DNA of 46,093 nt from Patescibacteria group bacterium (GCA_042571085.1 JBHPGB010000005.1:1-46093); one strand, 5' to 3'. Shown: positions 18,249 to 27,503, counted from the first letter of the stretch. Numbers and translations are program-made. Notes: a model not told the origin generated them from the letters alone.

Positions 18249-19712
18249 ATGAATAAGAATATACCTAAGGAAATATTAGATATCATCGAAACAATACAAA
18301 ATGCCAAATTTGAAGCATATTTGATTGGTGGCTGTGTGCGTGATTTGTTGCGCGAGCAAAAACCAAAAGATTGGGACATTACCACCAGTGCAAAACCTGA
18401 AGAAATTGAAGGATTGTTTGAAGATACTTTTTATGAAAATGATTACGGAACTGTTGGTGTTGTAAATAAAGAGGTTGAAGATGAAACGCTTCGTATAATA
18501 GAAGTTACTCCATATAGGATTGAAGGAAAATATGTAGACGGACGACGTCCAGAAGAAGTACATTTCAGCGACAAGCTAGAAGACGATCTAAAGCGCCGTG
18601 ATTTTGCGATGAACGCGATCGCATATAATCCTGCTGAAGAAAAAATTGTTGACCTATACAACGGACAAGAAGATATAAAAAATAAGATAATCAAAACAGT
18701 AGGGGAGCCAGGTGAGCGCTTTGCTGAAGATTACCTGCGAATGATGCGCGCTGTGCGACTTGCAACAGAGCTTGATTTTGAAATAGACCAAGATACAAAG
18801 GAAGCAATCATTAAACACGCAGACAGTCTTCCATCAATATCCACCGAGCGCATTCGTGATGAGTTTGTAAAAATCATTTCTTCTTCAAACCCAATGAAAG
18901 GAATTTTAGCACTACACGAGCTGGGACTTTTAAAACACATTGCACCAGAGATTGAGGAAGGTGTTGACATAGACCAAAGCAGAAGCCACATATACAATGT
19001 GTGGGAACACAACTTGCGAGCATTGCAACATTCAGCAGACAGAAATTACAAACTTGAAGTAAGACTTGCTGCGCTTCTACATGATGTAGCAAAACCAGCA
19101 ACACGACGCTACTCAAAAGAAAAAGATCTATATACTTTTTATGGGCACGACGTGGTTGGTGCACGTATGACAAAAAAACTAATGGAACGACTACGTTTCT
19201 CACGAGAACAAACAGACACGGTAGTAAAATTAGTCCGCAACCATCTTTTCTTTACAGACATTGACGCAATCACACTTTCTGCAGTGCGAAGAATTATTAG
19301 AAATGTTGGTGCAGAAAATGTGTGGAATTTAATAGAGCTACGCACCTGTGACCGTATTGGAATGGGTCGTCCGAAGGAAGAGCCTTATCGATTACGTAAA
19401 TATGAATCAATGATTGAAGAGGCTATGCGTGCGCCAGTATCTGTGGGAATGCTAAAAATTGACGGTATACAAGTGTCTGAAATTGCTGGAGGTGCTGGGC
19501 CAAGAGTTGGCTGGATACTACACGCCCTTCTAGAAGACGTGCTTGATGACCCAGAATTAAATACTGAAGAATATTTAAACAATCGCGCGCAAGAATTTGC
19601 GAAGATGTCAGGTAAAGAATTAAAAGAGTTGGGAGAAAAAGGGCGGGAGAAAAAGGAAGAGGAAGAGGAGAAAGAATTGGGGGAAATAAGAAAAAAATAT
19701 AAGGTGAAGTAA
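18249..19712 (+). CDS. cca: CCA tRNA nucleotidyltransferase with HD domain
   Basis: GGCVRDLL, KDWDITT, DLKRRDFAMNA, EDYLRMMRAVR, LLHDVAKP. Confidence 0.93.
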   Translation: MNKNIPKEILDIIETIQNAKFEAYLIGGCVRDLLREQKPKDWDITTSAKPEEIEGLFEDTFYENDYGTVGVVNKEVEDETLRIIEVTPYRIEGKYVDGRRPEEVHFSDKLEDDLKRRDFAMNAIAYNPAEEKIVDLYNGQEDIKNKIIKTVGEPGERFAEDYLRMMRAVRLATELDFEIDQDTKEAIIKHADSLPSISTERIRDEFVKIISSSNPMKGILALHELGLLKHIAPEIEEGVDIDQSRSHIYNVWEHNLRALQHSADRNYKLEVRLAALLHDVAKPATRRYSKEKDLYTFYGHDVVGARMTKKLMERLRFSREQTDTVVKLVRNHLFFTDIDAITLSAVRRIIRNVGAENVWNLIELRTCDRIGMGRPKEEPYRLRKYESMIEEAMRAPVSVGMLKIDGIQVSEIAGGAGPRVGWILHALLEDVLDDPELNTEEYLNNRAQEFAKMSGKELKELGEKGREKKEEEEEKELGEIRKKYKVK

Positions 19713-19755
19713 CCAAAAAGAAAAATCGGCTCTGCCGATTTTTCTTTTTGGTTAC
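19709..19755. terminator. Palindromic terminator including cca stop codon
   Basis: GTAACCAAAAAG..ATCGGC-TCT-GCCGAT..CTTTTTGGTTAC. Confidence 0.8.
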
Positions 19756-19911
19756 GGAACCGAGCACTATTTTTACTCAAGTCTAATATTTCAATAATGG
19801 TATTTCTTGACCGATTCGCTTGTATAACCACCTTGCTTATTAAAACAAAATAGTGCTTGGTGAAATAAGTTTAAAAGTGCGCAAGTTTCACTTGTACACG
19901 TTTTGTTTACA

Positions 19912-20508
19912 ATTGAAAACCGCCGTTTCGAATAAATTCGAAACGGCGGGCGATCCATCACACTTCTACTATCCTTATTGAATTAATCCTTCAATTAAAA
20001 CTTCCTTTAGTGTAAATTGGAATAAACAGGGATTGTTTTAGGTATGATCAGGCGAGGCGAAATTGAACACAATGAGGGATGTTTAGTCTCTTATACAAAC
20101 ATCATTACTGAGTCATATAACCGAGCTTATTAGGCCGGGCAGGAACTATCCTACACTCATTGCGAGTTCTGTATACCAACAATCACATAGCAGCAATCCT
20201 TGTTGCTATATGCTTGGGGGTTGTTATGTAAAGATCAATAGGGAACTGAGGTGCAGCCTTGGCTGCGACACACACATAAAAAATTTTCAAAGATGAAATT
20301 AAATTTTCAACAATCAGTCAATTTTGAAGCTCTTAAGTCTCCAAACATCCAAAGTATACATCACGTATCCTTCGGGGTTCGATTGACATCCTGCTGAAGT
20401 TAGTCTTATTGCCCACATCTTTGTCGGCGCACACTCAATTTTTATTTGAAATAGCTCATATGCCATTCGAGGCAGCATTATTACCACCTGACATCGCTAT
20501 CTAACCCT
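19912..20508 (-). ncRNA. Candidate large structured ncRNA (~590 nt), family unidentified
   Basis: No long ORF; minus-strand TTGACA-16-TATACT promoter (20542-20515); terminator CCGCCGTTTCGAAT/ATTCGAAACGGCGG+TTTT at 19949-19916; many nested helices. Confidence 0.6.
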
Positions 20509-20701
20509 ACACGTAGTATACACGAATTAAATTATTTGTCAAGTCTAATCCTTTGCATTTTAATATTGTATATATCTAATGTATATGGTGAATTCGACCA
20601 TAAGCATGGTGATTATCACTAGTATCACCTGCAAAACCACCGCATGCACATATGTTTGTTGCATGCGGTGTTTTTTATTAAATAAAAAATTTAAATAATT
20701 A

Positions 20702-21562
20702 CTAAAGATTCAACTCAAGACCAATCGGGCAGTGATCAGACCCTTCAATTAAATCAAAAATTTCTGCCTTTTTAATTTTACCTCCTAATACTTTTGAGAC
20801 TAAGAAATAATCTATACGCCAACCAACATTTCGAGCACGTGCCATGGCACGATAGCTCCACCATGAATATTTTACTTCCTCTGGATGCATGTATCTAAAC
20901 GTATCAATAAAACCTGCTTCAATAAAATCACTGAAGCGCTCTCGTTCCTGATCAGTAAAGCCTGGATTACCAGGGTTAGATTTGGTCGTCCTATTCTCTT
21001 TGGGGTTAGCTAAATCAATCTCTTCATGAGCAACATTCATATCTCCACAAAGAACAACTGGTTTTTTCTTTTCCAAATTCTTCAAATGCTTCAACATAGC
21101 CTTATCCCAAGTATCGTACCTATAACCCAAGCGTAAAAGCCCGTGCTTTGAATTCGGTGTGTAAACCGTTACGAGAAAAAAATCTTTGAATTCTAATGTA
21201 ATAACACGCCCTTCTTCATCTTGCTCTTCTTTTTTAAGAGTACCCAAACCAAAAGTTTCAGAAATTGGTTCTATTTTTGAAAAAATTGCTGTACCAGAGT
21301 AGCCTTTTTTCTTCGCAGAATTCCAAATATGATACGGATAATCTGGAAAAAGCTTTCCTTCTTTGATATTTCCATTATCATTCGCTGATTCAAACAAGGG
21401 AGTATCTTCTTTTTCAAAAAATTCGTCTACCTGGCTCTTGTGTGCTTTTGTTTCTTGTATACAAAAAATATCCGGCTTCTCATCCTTTTCAATAAAAGTT
21501 ACAGCTCCGGGCTTCTGCACCCACGCACGTATTCCATTTACATTCCAAGAAACTATTTTCAT
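20702..21562 (-). CDS. xth: Exodeoxyribonuclease III
   Basis: SWNVNGIRA, IQETK, GYSGTA, VYTPNS, GDMNVAH, GWRIDYF, GSDHCP. Confidence 0.97.
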   Translation of the reverse strand: MKIVSWNVNGIRAWVQKPGAVTFIEKDEKPDIFCIQETKAHKSQVDEFFEKEDTPLFESANDNGNIKEGKLFPDYPYHIWNSAKKKGYSGTAIFSKIEPISETFGLGTLKKEEQDEEGRVITLEFKDFFLVTVYTPNSKHGLLRLGYRYDTWDKAMLKHLKNLEKKKPVVLCGDMNVAHEEIDLANPKENRTTKSNPGNPGFTDQERERFSDFIEAGFIDTFRYMHPEEVKYSWWSYRAMARARNVGWRIDYFLVSKVLGGKIKKAEIFDLIEGSDHCPIGLELNL

Positions 21563-21731
21563 CCCGTTAGAGATAGGAAGTAATACTTCCGTATCTAATT
21601 ACACATTGTTAAAATATTATAAAAACCTCGTTTTATTCCACATTGCCACAAAAGACAGTTTGGACATGCCCGCCACTGCCTAATCGTCCCAAATGTCAGT
21701 TAGGCGATGGCAGGCGGGTCTCTAACGGGAT
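21561..21731. mobile_element. MITE-like element at xth start codon, with nested ~53-bp hairpin insert
   Basis: ATCCCGTTAGAG...CTCTAACGGGAT termini; body homologous to 32379-32496; extra GCCCGCC..TGCC...GGCAGGCGGG hairpin. Confidence 0.8.
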
Positions 21732-21779
21732 TCATGAACACATTATAGCACTAAGCTGAAAATATTTTTATTGACATGC

Positions 21780-21808
21780 TTGACATTTACTACTATTTGG
21801 AGTATAAT
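21780..21808 (+). promoter_or_regulatory. Consensus sigma70 promoter
   Basis: TTGACA-17 nt-TATAAT. Confidence 0.8.
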
Positions 21809-21841
21809 GCAGAAAGAATTTAAAAACCAAAGGTGACTGTC

Positions 21842-22279
21842 ATGAAAAAAAATAGGAGGGAGGTTCTCTCGCTTGCTATCCTGTTTGCAGACGAAGCGGC
21901 CAGAGAAATATGTCCTGAACGCAGCACTGGTGCTATTCCACACCTAGCAGAAGAATTAGTATCATGGGAGAAAAAACATGGTAAACCGTACTTAAATAAA
22001 AAATGTGTTACGGTTGATCATTTTATAACCTTTATCACATCATCAGTACAAAAAAGGGAGGTCACTCAAGAGCTTTCCAAAACTGAGCAAAGACAAATTG
22101 GTCTGATAATCAGCATGTACCAAATCTCAAGAAAAAGATTCATCCTCTGCACGATACAAAGAAGCGTGGATGATCTTGTGAAAAGATTTGGGGCTGAGGA
22201 ACATGTCGCAAAGAAATTCTTGAAAGATATCATCGACCACATCCTCGACCACGAGTTAAAAGATGTTGAGGCAAACTAG
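21842..22279 (+). CDS. Orphan hypothetical protein
   Basis: AAGGTG SD, consensus promoter, downstream GCGCCATACAT/ATGTATGGCGC terminator. Confidence 0.65.
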   Translation: MKKNRREVLSLAILFADEAAREICPERSTGAIPHLAEELVSWEKKHGKPYLNKKCVTVDHFITFITSSVQKREVTQELSKTEQRQIGLIISMYQISRKRFILCTIQRSVDDLVKRFGAEEHVAKKFLKDIIDHILDHELKDVEAN

Positions 22280-22350
22280 CCAACGCGCCATACATACATG
22301 TATGGCGCACTTTCTTTTGAAAATATTTACAAACATGATATTGTTCAAAC

Positions 22351-22860
22351 ATGACACTCAAAAAGATGTTGAGCAAAAAAAACCTGCTTATATTTATATC
22401 ATTATTAATACTCCTTGGTGTTATGGCCGCAGCTGAAGATCTAAATCATGTACCCAAAAATGTTGATGATATTAATCATCTTGCAGAAGAAATTGCTGAA
22501 GAAAAAGGTATTGTACCAAAAACTAGATTAAAAACGGACAGCTGCACACTCTGGCCAGAAACTTGGCTTGGATCAAACATTGAAAATGAGTGCGTCGAGC
22601 ATGATATATATTATTGGATTGGGGGCACTGAAGAAGATCGTGAGCTTGTAGATCAAAATTTGCGAGAATCTGTAAATAGTATAGTGCCTTATCTTGGAGA
22701 CGTTATGTATATCGGTGTGAGAGTTGGTGGTAACCCAGAAATTCCAATTGGTCATAGATGGGGGTACGCTACACAAGCGAGTGAATATTTTAATACTAAT
22801 CAATATGGACCATATATACTTAATCAAATATGGAGAGCTTGGGTTGAAGGGGAAGAATAA
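22351..22860 (+). CDS. Secreted protein with phospholipase A2-like C..HD motif
   Basis: N-terminal TM/signal; DSCT..P, CVEHDIYYWIGG...R..VD..L, MYIGVRVGG, RWGY; overlaps thiI by 56 nt. Confidence 0.65.
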   Translation: MTLKKMLSKKNLLIFISLLILLGVMAAAEDLNHVPKNVDDINHLAEEIAEEKGIVPKTRLKTDSCTLWPETWLGSNIENECVEHDIYYWIGGTEEDRELVDQNLRESVNSIVPYLGDVMYIGVRVGGNPEIPIGHRWGYATQASEYFNTNQYGPYILNQIWRAWVEGEE

Positions 22861-23974
22861 GAATTTCTTTTTGAATAAATTGGTGGAGAATATTAAAAAG
22901 TCTGCTGATATCCATAAACTCAAGTTGGAAAAATTAGAAAATAAGCGTGATAGAATCATTGTTGATTTTGATGCATCAGAAAAAGAAGCTGTTGAATGTT
23001 TGAGGAAGGTTTTCGGAATTAAGTATTTTGTACGTGCGGATATTATTGAACCAAATATAGAGAGTATTGAAAATTATGCTCGTGGTGTATTCGTTAAATG
23101 GAAAAAAGATGGTATTGAGAGGATTTCTTTAAAAATAAACCGCGCGAACAAAGCCTTTCCATTCAAGTCGCCAGAGATTGGTGCAAAAATTGGTGAGGTT
23201 GCAAACCAAGAAGGATTAAAAATTGATTTTGCTCGCGGTGAAAAAACTCTTTTTGTAGATGTTGCAATGGATGGTGTGTATTGTTATACAGAAAAAATTG
23301 CTGGAGCAGGAGGGTTGCCAACTGGTACTGGTGGTAGGGCACTGTGCTTATTTTCCGGTGGGATTGATTCGCCAGTCGCAGCATATGCGCTGATGCGCAG
23401 AGGGGTACAGGTAGATTTTTTGCACATTCATCCGTTTGCAGATAACGAGAAAGTAACCGGTACAAAAATTGAATCACTAATAAATACTCTTAATAAATAT
23501 CAGTATCAATCTAAATTATTTTTAGCGCCTTATATAATTTTTGAACAAGCGACAATTGGAAATGTGGCATCACGGTTTGAAATGCCATTTTTCAAACACA
23601 TGATTTTATATCTTGCCGACAAACTAGCACAAGAGCATGGCTACGACGCACTTATAACTGGTGATTCACTAGGACAAGTTGCCAGCCAAACAATGGAAAA
23701 CATGAAGTCGGCATCACTTGATATCAAAACACCAATATTCCGCCCGCTCATCGGAGATGATAAGGAGGGGATTATAAAAATTGCAGAACAAATTAATACA
23801 TACGAAGATTCAATAGCACAATATCGCGATTGTTGTTCTCTTGTTTCAGATCACCCCGCAACAAAAACAAAAGAATCAGACATGCGAGACATTTTTGAAA
23901 AAATTGATAGAGATGAGTTGGCAGAAAAAATGACAAGGGAGATGAAAATTTATCCCGTTAGAAATAGGAAATAA
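22805..23974 (+). CDS. thiI: tRNA 4-thiouridine synthase ThiI (short form, no rhodanese domain)
   Basis: IKYGELGLKGKN, THUMP domain, PP-loop LFSGGIDSPVA, TGDSLGQVASQT, DCCS..HP.T; ATG at 22805. Confidence 0.93.
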   Translation: MDHIYLIKYGELGLKGKNKNFFLNKLVENIKKSADIHKLKLEKLENKRDRIIVDFDASEKEAVECLRKVFGIKYFVRADIIEPNIESIENYARGVFVKWKKDGIERISLKINRANKAFPFKSPEIGAKIGEVANQEGLKIDFARGEKTLFVDVAMDGVYCYTEKIAGAGGLPTGTGGRALCLFSGGIDSPVAAYALMRRGVQVDFLHIHPFADNEKVTGTKIESLINTLNKYQYQSKLFLAPYIIFEQATIGNVASRFEMPFFKHMILYLADKLAQEHGYDALITGDSLGQVASQTMENMKSASLDIKTPIFRPLIGDDKEGIIKIAEQINTYEDSIAQYRDCCSLVSDHPATKTKESDMRDIFEKIDRDELAEKMTREMKIYPVRNRK

Positions 23975-23998
23975 AATTTCCGCAATTTCTAACGGGAT
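23952..23998. mobile_element. Short derivative of the ATCCCGTTAGA element containing the thiI stop codon
   Basis: ATCCCGTTAGAAAT-AGGAAATAAAATTTCCGCA-ATTTCTAACGGGAT; first 31 nt match the end of the 32379 element with one mismatch. Confidence 0.8.
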
Positions 23999-24014
23999 CC
24001 AAAAAACTTAATTT

Positions 24015-24097
24015 ACCCCCCACACCCACTTTGCAATAGTCGAATCTAAGATTTAACATGCAAGCTTTGCTTGCGATTGCAAAGTAGGTGTGGGGGT
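24015..24097. repeat. Nested-hairpin inverted repeat
   Basis: CCCCCACACCCACTTTGCAAT...ATTGCAAAGTAGGTGTGGGGG. Confidence 0.7.
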
Positions 24098-24168
24098 TTG
24101 CTTTATGTGTCCAGTTTTGGTAGAAATGAGTCAGGATTAACTAGTATTAACAAACGGGGTACTAGCAT

Positions 24169-24507
24169 ATGGGTAGAACTAGCGTTAACGAACTCACGCA
24201 AGAACAAAAAGATGCTCTTGTGTATTGGTATGGGCCAGCTTGTGGGTATCACACACCTGATGCTGTACTAGCTCATTTATTTGATGAAAAATTAGCATTC
24301 GAACTTCTTAAATTAATAAATATTGAGATTGGCGAAAATTATACAGAAGAAAACCTTAAACAAGGGTTTGAAAATTCCTTATCTACAATACCGGTAACAA
24401 AAGAACAAGTAGCACTGGCCAAAAGTAAGCGAAATATTTTATGGTTAAGAGATTTTCTTATATCAAAAGGTATATTAGATAGTGATTTTTCATTTCCTGA
24501 AAAATAA
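24169..24507 (+). CDS. Hypothetical protein
   Basis: 112-aa ORF with GGGGT upstream and a downstream GC hairpin with T tract. Confidence 0.65.
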   Translation: MGRTSVNELTQEQKDALVYWYGPACGYHTPDAVLAHLFDEKLAFELLKLINIEIGENYTEENLKQGFENSLSTIPVTKEQVALAKSKRNILWLRDFLISKGILDSDFSFPEK

Positions 24508-24622
24508 TGAAGTAAATATGGAAATGATGCAAAACGCGCGGTCGCAAGACCGCGTTTTTTTATTTCATGCAAGAAAAAAGGCGCTGCTGTGAAGCGAGCG
24601 CCTTTTGCATTATGTGTTCCTA

Positions 24623-24808
24623 CTATAGACATATCAGGTGCAGTATTGCAAAAACTCCACCGAAACCTATTACGAAGTTGGTAATGCTCGAAAACAACAT
24701 GTTTGTTTTCTGAGCAAACTTGGTAAAATACCAAGCCATCCATAAAGACACACCTGTTATAAATAGTAGCGGAAGCCACATTCCAAATATTTGTACCATT
24801 TGCGACAT
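24623..24808 (-). CDS. Small two-TM membrane protein
   Basis: 61 aa, two hydrophobic segments, GAGG SD, TTGACA-17-TACTAT promoter ~24904-24876. Confidence 0.55.
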   Translation of the reverse strand: MSQMVQIFGMWLPLLFITGVSLWMAWYFTKFAQKTNMLFSSITNFVIGFGGVFAILHLICL

Positions 24809-24909
24809 TGTCGATTCCTCTGAAATTTGAATTTATTGGAAACACTACGATAAAAAGTGCTCTAATCTACCTAAAATAGTAGCATTTTTTACTGTAAATG
24901 TCAAGTATT

Positions 24910-25818
24910 TTATCGCTTTTTACCGTGGAATTGCTTGTGTACCTCACGAAGCTGTTTATCTGTAATGTGCGTATAAACCTGTGTTGTGGCGATATTTGAG
25001 TGTCCTAGCATCATTTGTACAGATCTTATGTCTGCACCATTTTGAAGCAAATCAGTCGCAAATGAGTGACGTATGATGTGTGGTGTCACCTTTTTTGAAA
25101 TTCCAGCCTTGATAGCGTAGTGTTTCACAATTCTTTCTATTGAGCGTGGTGTAATGCGCAATGATTCGTTATTCTCTTCTTTTTTTGATGCACCTTTGCC
25201 AAGCTGTATAAACATCGCTTCGTCAAAATCAGTTCGCTTTTTCAAATATTCTTTTATGGCCTCGCGTGCGGATGGGGAAATGAATACAACACGAACCTTC
25301 TCGCGCTTTCCACGCACAGAAAACTCATCTTTTGAGATATCCAAATCTTGGTTCAGATTACACAGCTCGGATACACGCAGTCCTGTAGAAAAGAATAATT
25401 CCAACATAGCCTTATCACGTAAGGATTTTATGTCTTCTCCTGTTGGAGCATCAAGTAATCTTTTCAATTCACCCTCTGATATTAGGTCCAGGCTGCGCTC
25501 GGCAACTGTAGCAAGCTCAATTTTATCAGGAGACATTGATTTTATATCTCGCTTTGCTAAATACTTAAGAAATACACGTAGTGCAATCAGGTGGTAGTTC
25601 TGTGTTTTCTTTTTAAGGTTTTCACCATCTGCTCCTGGTTGCCTATTGAGCCACAAGCGAAATTGTCGCACCTTCTCATCTGTAATTTGCTCAGGCTTCT
25701 TAGTTTTTGCAAATTCAAAAAACTTACGTAGATATCTATCGTAATTTTCAACCGTTTTCAGGCTCCGCCCACGTTCAATCTCCAAATATTCTAGAAATTC
25801 TTGTTTAATTTTCTGCAT
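24910..25818 (-). CDS. xerC: XerC/XerD-family tyrosine recombinase
   Basis: ERGRSLKTVENY, TGLRVSEL, GKREKVR, HIIRHSFATDLL, LGHSNIATTQVYTH; C vs D assignment uncertain. Confidence 0.9.
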   Translation of the reverse strand: MQKIKQEFLEYLEIERGRSLKTVENYDRYLRKFFEFAKTKKPEQITDEKVRQFRLWLNRQPGADGENLKKKTQNYHLIALRVFLKYLAKRDIKSMSPDKIELATVAERSLDLISEGELKRLLDAPTGEDIKSLRDKAMLELFFSTGLRVSELCNLNQDLDISKDEFSVRGKREKVRVVFISPSAREAIKEYLKKRTDFDEAMFIQLGKGASKKEENNESLRITPRSIERIVKHYAIKAGISKKVTPHIIRHSFATDLLQNGADIRSVQMMLGHSNIATTQVYTHITDKQLREVHKQFHGKKR

Positions 25819-25917
25819 CTATTTATTATACACTTAAGTGTCGCACAATTTAAGACTTATACGTGCATAAAGGGGTAGGGCTTGCAATTTTTGTCAAGGT
25901 GTGCTATCCTATGAGAC

Positions 25918-26187
25918 ATGCTTACAAAACGAAAAAAGGAGAATATTATAAAAAAGACCCAAATTCGTGAGGGTGATACTGGTTCTGCAGAAGTGCAAAT
26001 CGGTCTTTTGAGCAAGCGTATCGATGAATTAGCTTCTCATTTAAAGAAAAACAATAAAGACAACCACTCTCGTAGAGGACTCTTGCAAATGGTTGCGAAT
26101 CGTAGATCACATCTTAAATATCTAAAAAACAAAGATGATAAACGATACGGTAAGATTACTAAGGAGCTCGGACTTAAGAATAAATAA
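25918..26187 (+). CDS. rpsO: 30S ribosomal protein uS15
   Basis: DTGSAEVQI, HLKKN.KDNHSRRGLL. Confidence 0.98.
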   Translation: MLTKRKKENIIKKTQIREGDTGSAEVQIGLLSKRIDELASHLKKNNKDNHSRRGLLQMVANRRSHLKYLKNKDDKRYGKITKELGLKNK

Positions 26188-26300
26188 AAATCTATTTTCA
26201 AAAAACTTCCTTAGGGAAGTTTTTTTGGTTATACTAAAGATATCATTTTCAAATTTTCTCCAAATAATTTAATAGCAAAGCATATAACAATTTTAATATT

Positions 26301-26888
26301 ATGAGTGTAATTAAACACAAACAACAGCGCGTAGGCGTATTCATAGACGCGCAAAATTTATATCACAGCGCCAAAAATCTATACGGTAAAAAGGTAAACT
26401 TTGAAGCCGTACTTAAAGAGGTGGTGGGTGGTCGCCAACTTATTCGAGCGATTGCTTATGTAATCACTACTGAAAGCGGGGAAGAAAAGGGCTTTCTTGA
26501 AGCACTTGAAAAACACGGCATTGAAACTAAATCAAAAGATTTACAAGTATTTTATGGTGGAGCAAAAAAAGGAGACTGGGATGTTGGTATCGCGGTGGAT
26601 GCAATTCGCCTAGCACCAAAACTTGATGCTGTGGTAATTATTTCAGGAGATGGCGACTTTGTCCCGCTTGTGGAATATATTAAAAATGATACGCAAGTAG
26701 AAGCTGCATCATTTGGTAAATCATCTTCATCTTCACTTAAAGAAGCAGTGGATGACTTCCTAGACATGGATGAAGATCCTAGAAAATATCTGATCGGTGG
26801 TGCACAAAAAAGACAGCCCCGCGTACGTAGCAAAACACAAGCGCCGCGAACGTCTCGGGCACAAAAAAAACCAGCATCAAAGAAGTAA
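26301..26888 (+). CDS. NYN/LabA-DUF88 (PIN-like) domain protein
   Basis: VFIDAQN, KGDWDVGIAVD, SGDGDFVPL. Confidence 0.93.
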   Translation: MSVIKHKQQRVGVFIDAQNLYHSAKNLYGKKVNFEAVLKEVVGGRQLIRAIAYVITTESGEEKGFLEALEKHGIETKSKDLQVFYGGAKKGDWDVGIAVDAIRLAPKLDAVVIISGDGDFVPLVEYIKNDTQVEAASFGKSSSSSLKEAVDDFLDMDEDPRKYLIGGAQKRQPRVRSKTQAPRTSRAQKKPASKK

Positions 26889-26982
26889 AATTTGCTACTC
26901 GCTAACCATTGGTCACTTACACAAAAGCAGCACGAATTATGTTCGTGCTGCTTTTGTTTTATATGTTTTATATATTACACAA

Positions 26983-27020
26983 TACTCCAATGCATTGGAG
27001 TACTCTAATGCATTGGAGTA
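26983..27020. promoter_or_regulatory. Tandem palindromic operator array, upstream
   Basis: TACTCCAATGCATTGGAGTA overlapping TACTCTAATGCATTGGAGTA (18-bp period), immediately before TATAAT. Confidence 0.75.
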
Positions 27021-27047
27021 TTTTATAATAGGTGTTATATTTAATAT

Positions 27048-27470
27048 ATGACAATGTTATCTAGGAAAAAACTGAAGAAAGAATACCAGGAGCGTATATA
27101 TAAACGTTTTGTTAAGGATGTTATGAAACTAAAAACAAACGGAGAAACTGAGGTTTTTTTGAGAGAGTTATTAACACCGACTGAGATGTCTATGCTTACA
27201 AAAAGGTATGCTGTACTCTTACTGCTTTCACACGATTTTTCTTCATACAAAATAGCTAAGCTACTAAACATGTCTGAAACAACAATTGCACGACTATCAA
27301 GATCTGTTGAGGAGGGCAGGTTTGATTATTTTAAAAAAGAAAAGAAAAAACAATATAGTAAAGTAGAGCCAGACGAAGATTTTTTTGATTTCATAGAAAA
27401 ATTATTGATGGTTAAAAAAATGGGGAAAGATAGATGGAAATTCTTGGATGAATTATACGGAAAAGATTAG
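27048..27470 (+). CDS. TrpR/YerC-YecD family DNA-binding protein
   Basis: FLRELLTPTE..ML.KR...L.LL, SSYKIAKLLNMSETTIARLS HTH. Confidence 0.85.
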   Translation: MTMLSRKKLKKEYQERIYKRFVKDVMKLKTNGETEVFLRELLTPTEMSMLTKRYAVLLLLSHDFSSYKIAKLLNMSETTIARLSRSVEEGRFDYFKKEKKKQYSKVEPDEDFFDFIEKLLMVKKMGKDRWKFLDELYGKD

Positions 27471-27503
27471 CGTAGGGAGGTTAAAAAATACACTAAACTT
27501 AAT

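Noticed and set aside
20293-20397. 34-codon plus-strand ORF in the cca-xth gap
   Set aside because: No recognisable features and antisense to the better-supported RNA unit
19912-20508. Identification as RNase P RNA, tmRNA, SRP RNA or group I intron
   Set aside because: No GAGGAAAGUCC, no tRNA-like ends, no CAGG-GNRA-AGCAG; TCAGCAGG and AGAGACTA resemble group I Q/R elements, but no P7 partner TAGTC or host exons were found
24910-25818. Tyrosine recombinase as a prophage/island integrase or integron
   Set aside because: Housekeeping Xer size and motifs, adjacent to rpsO; no phage genes, IntI patch or attC array seen
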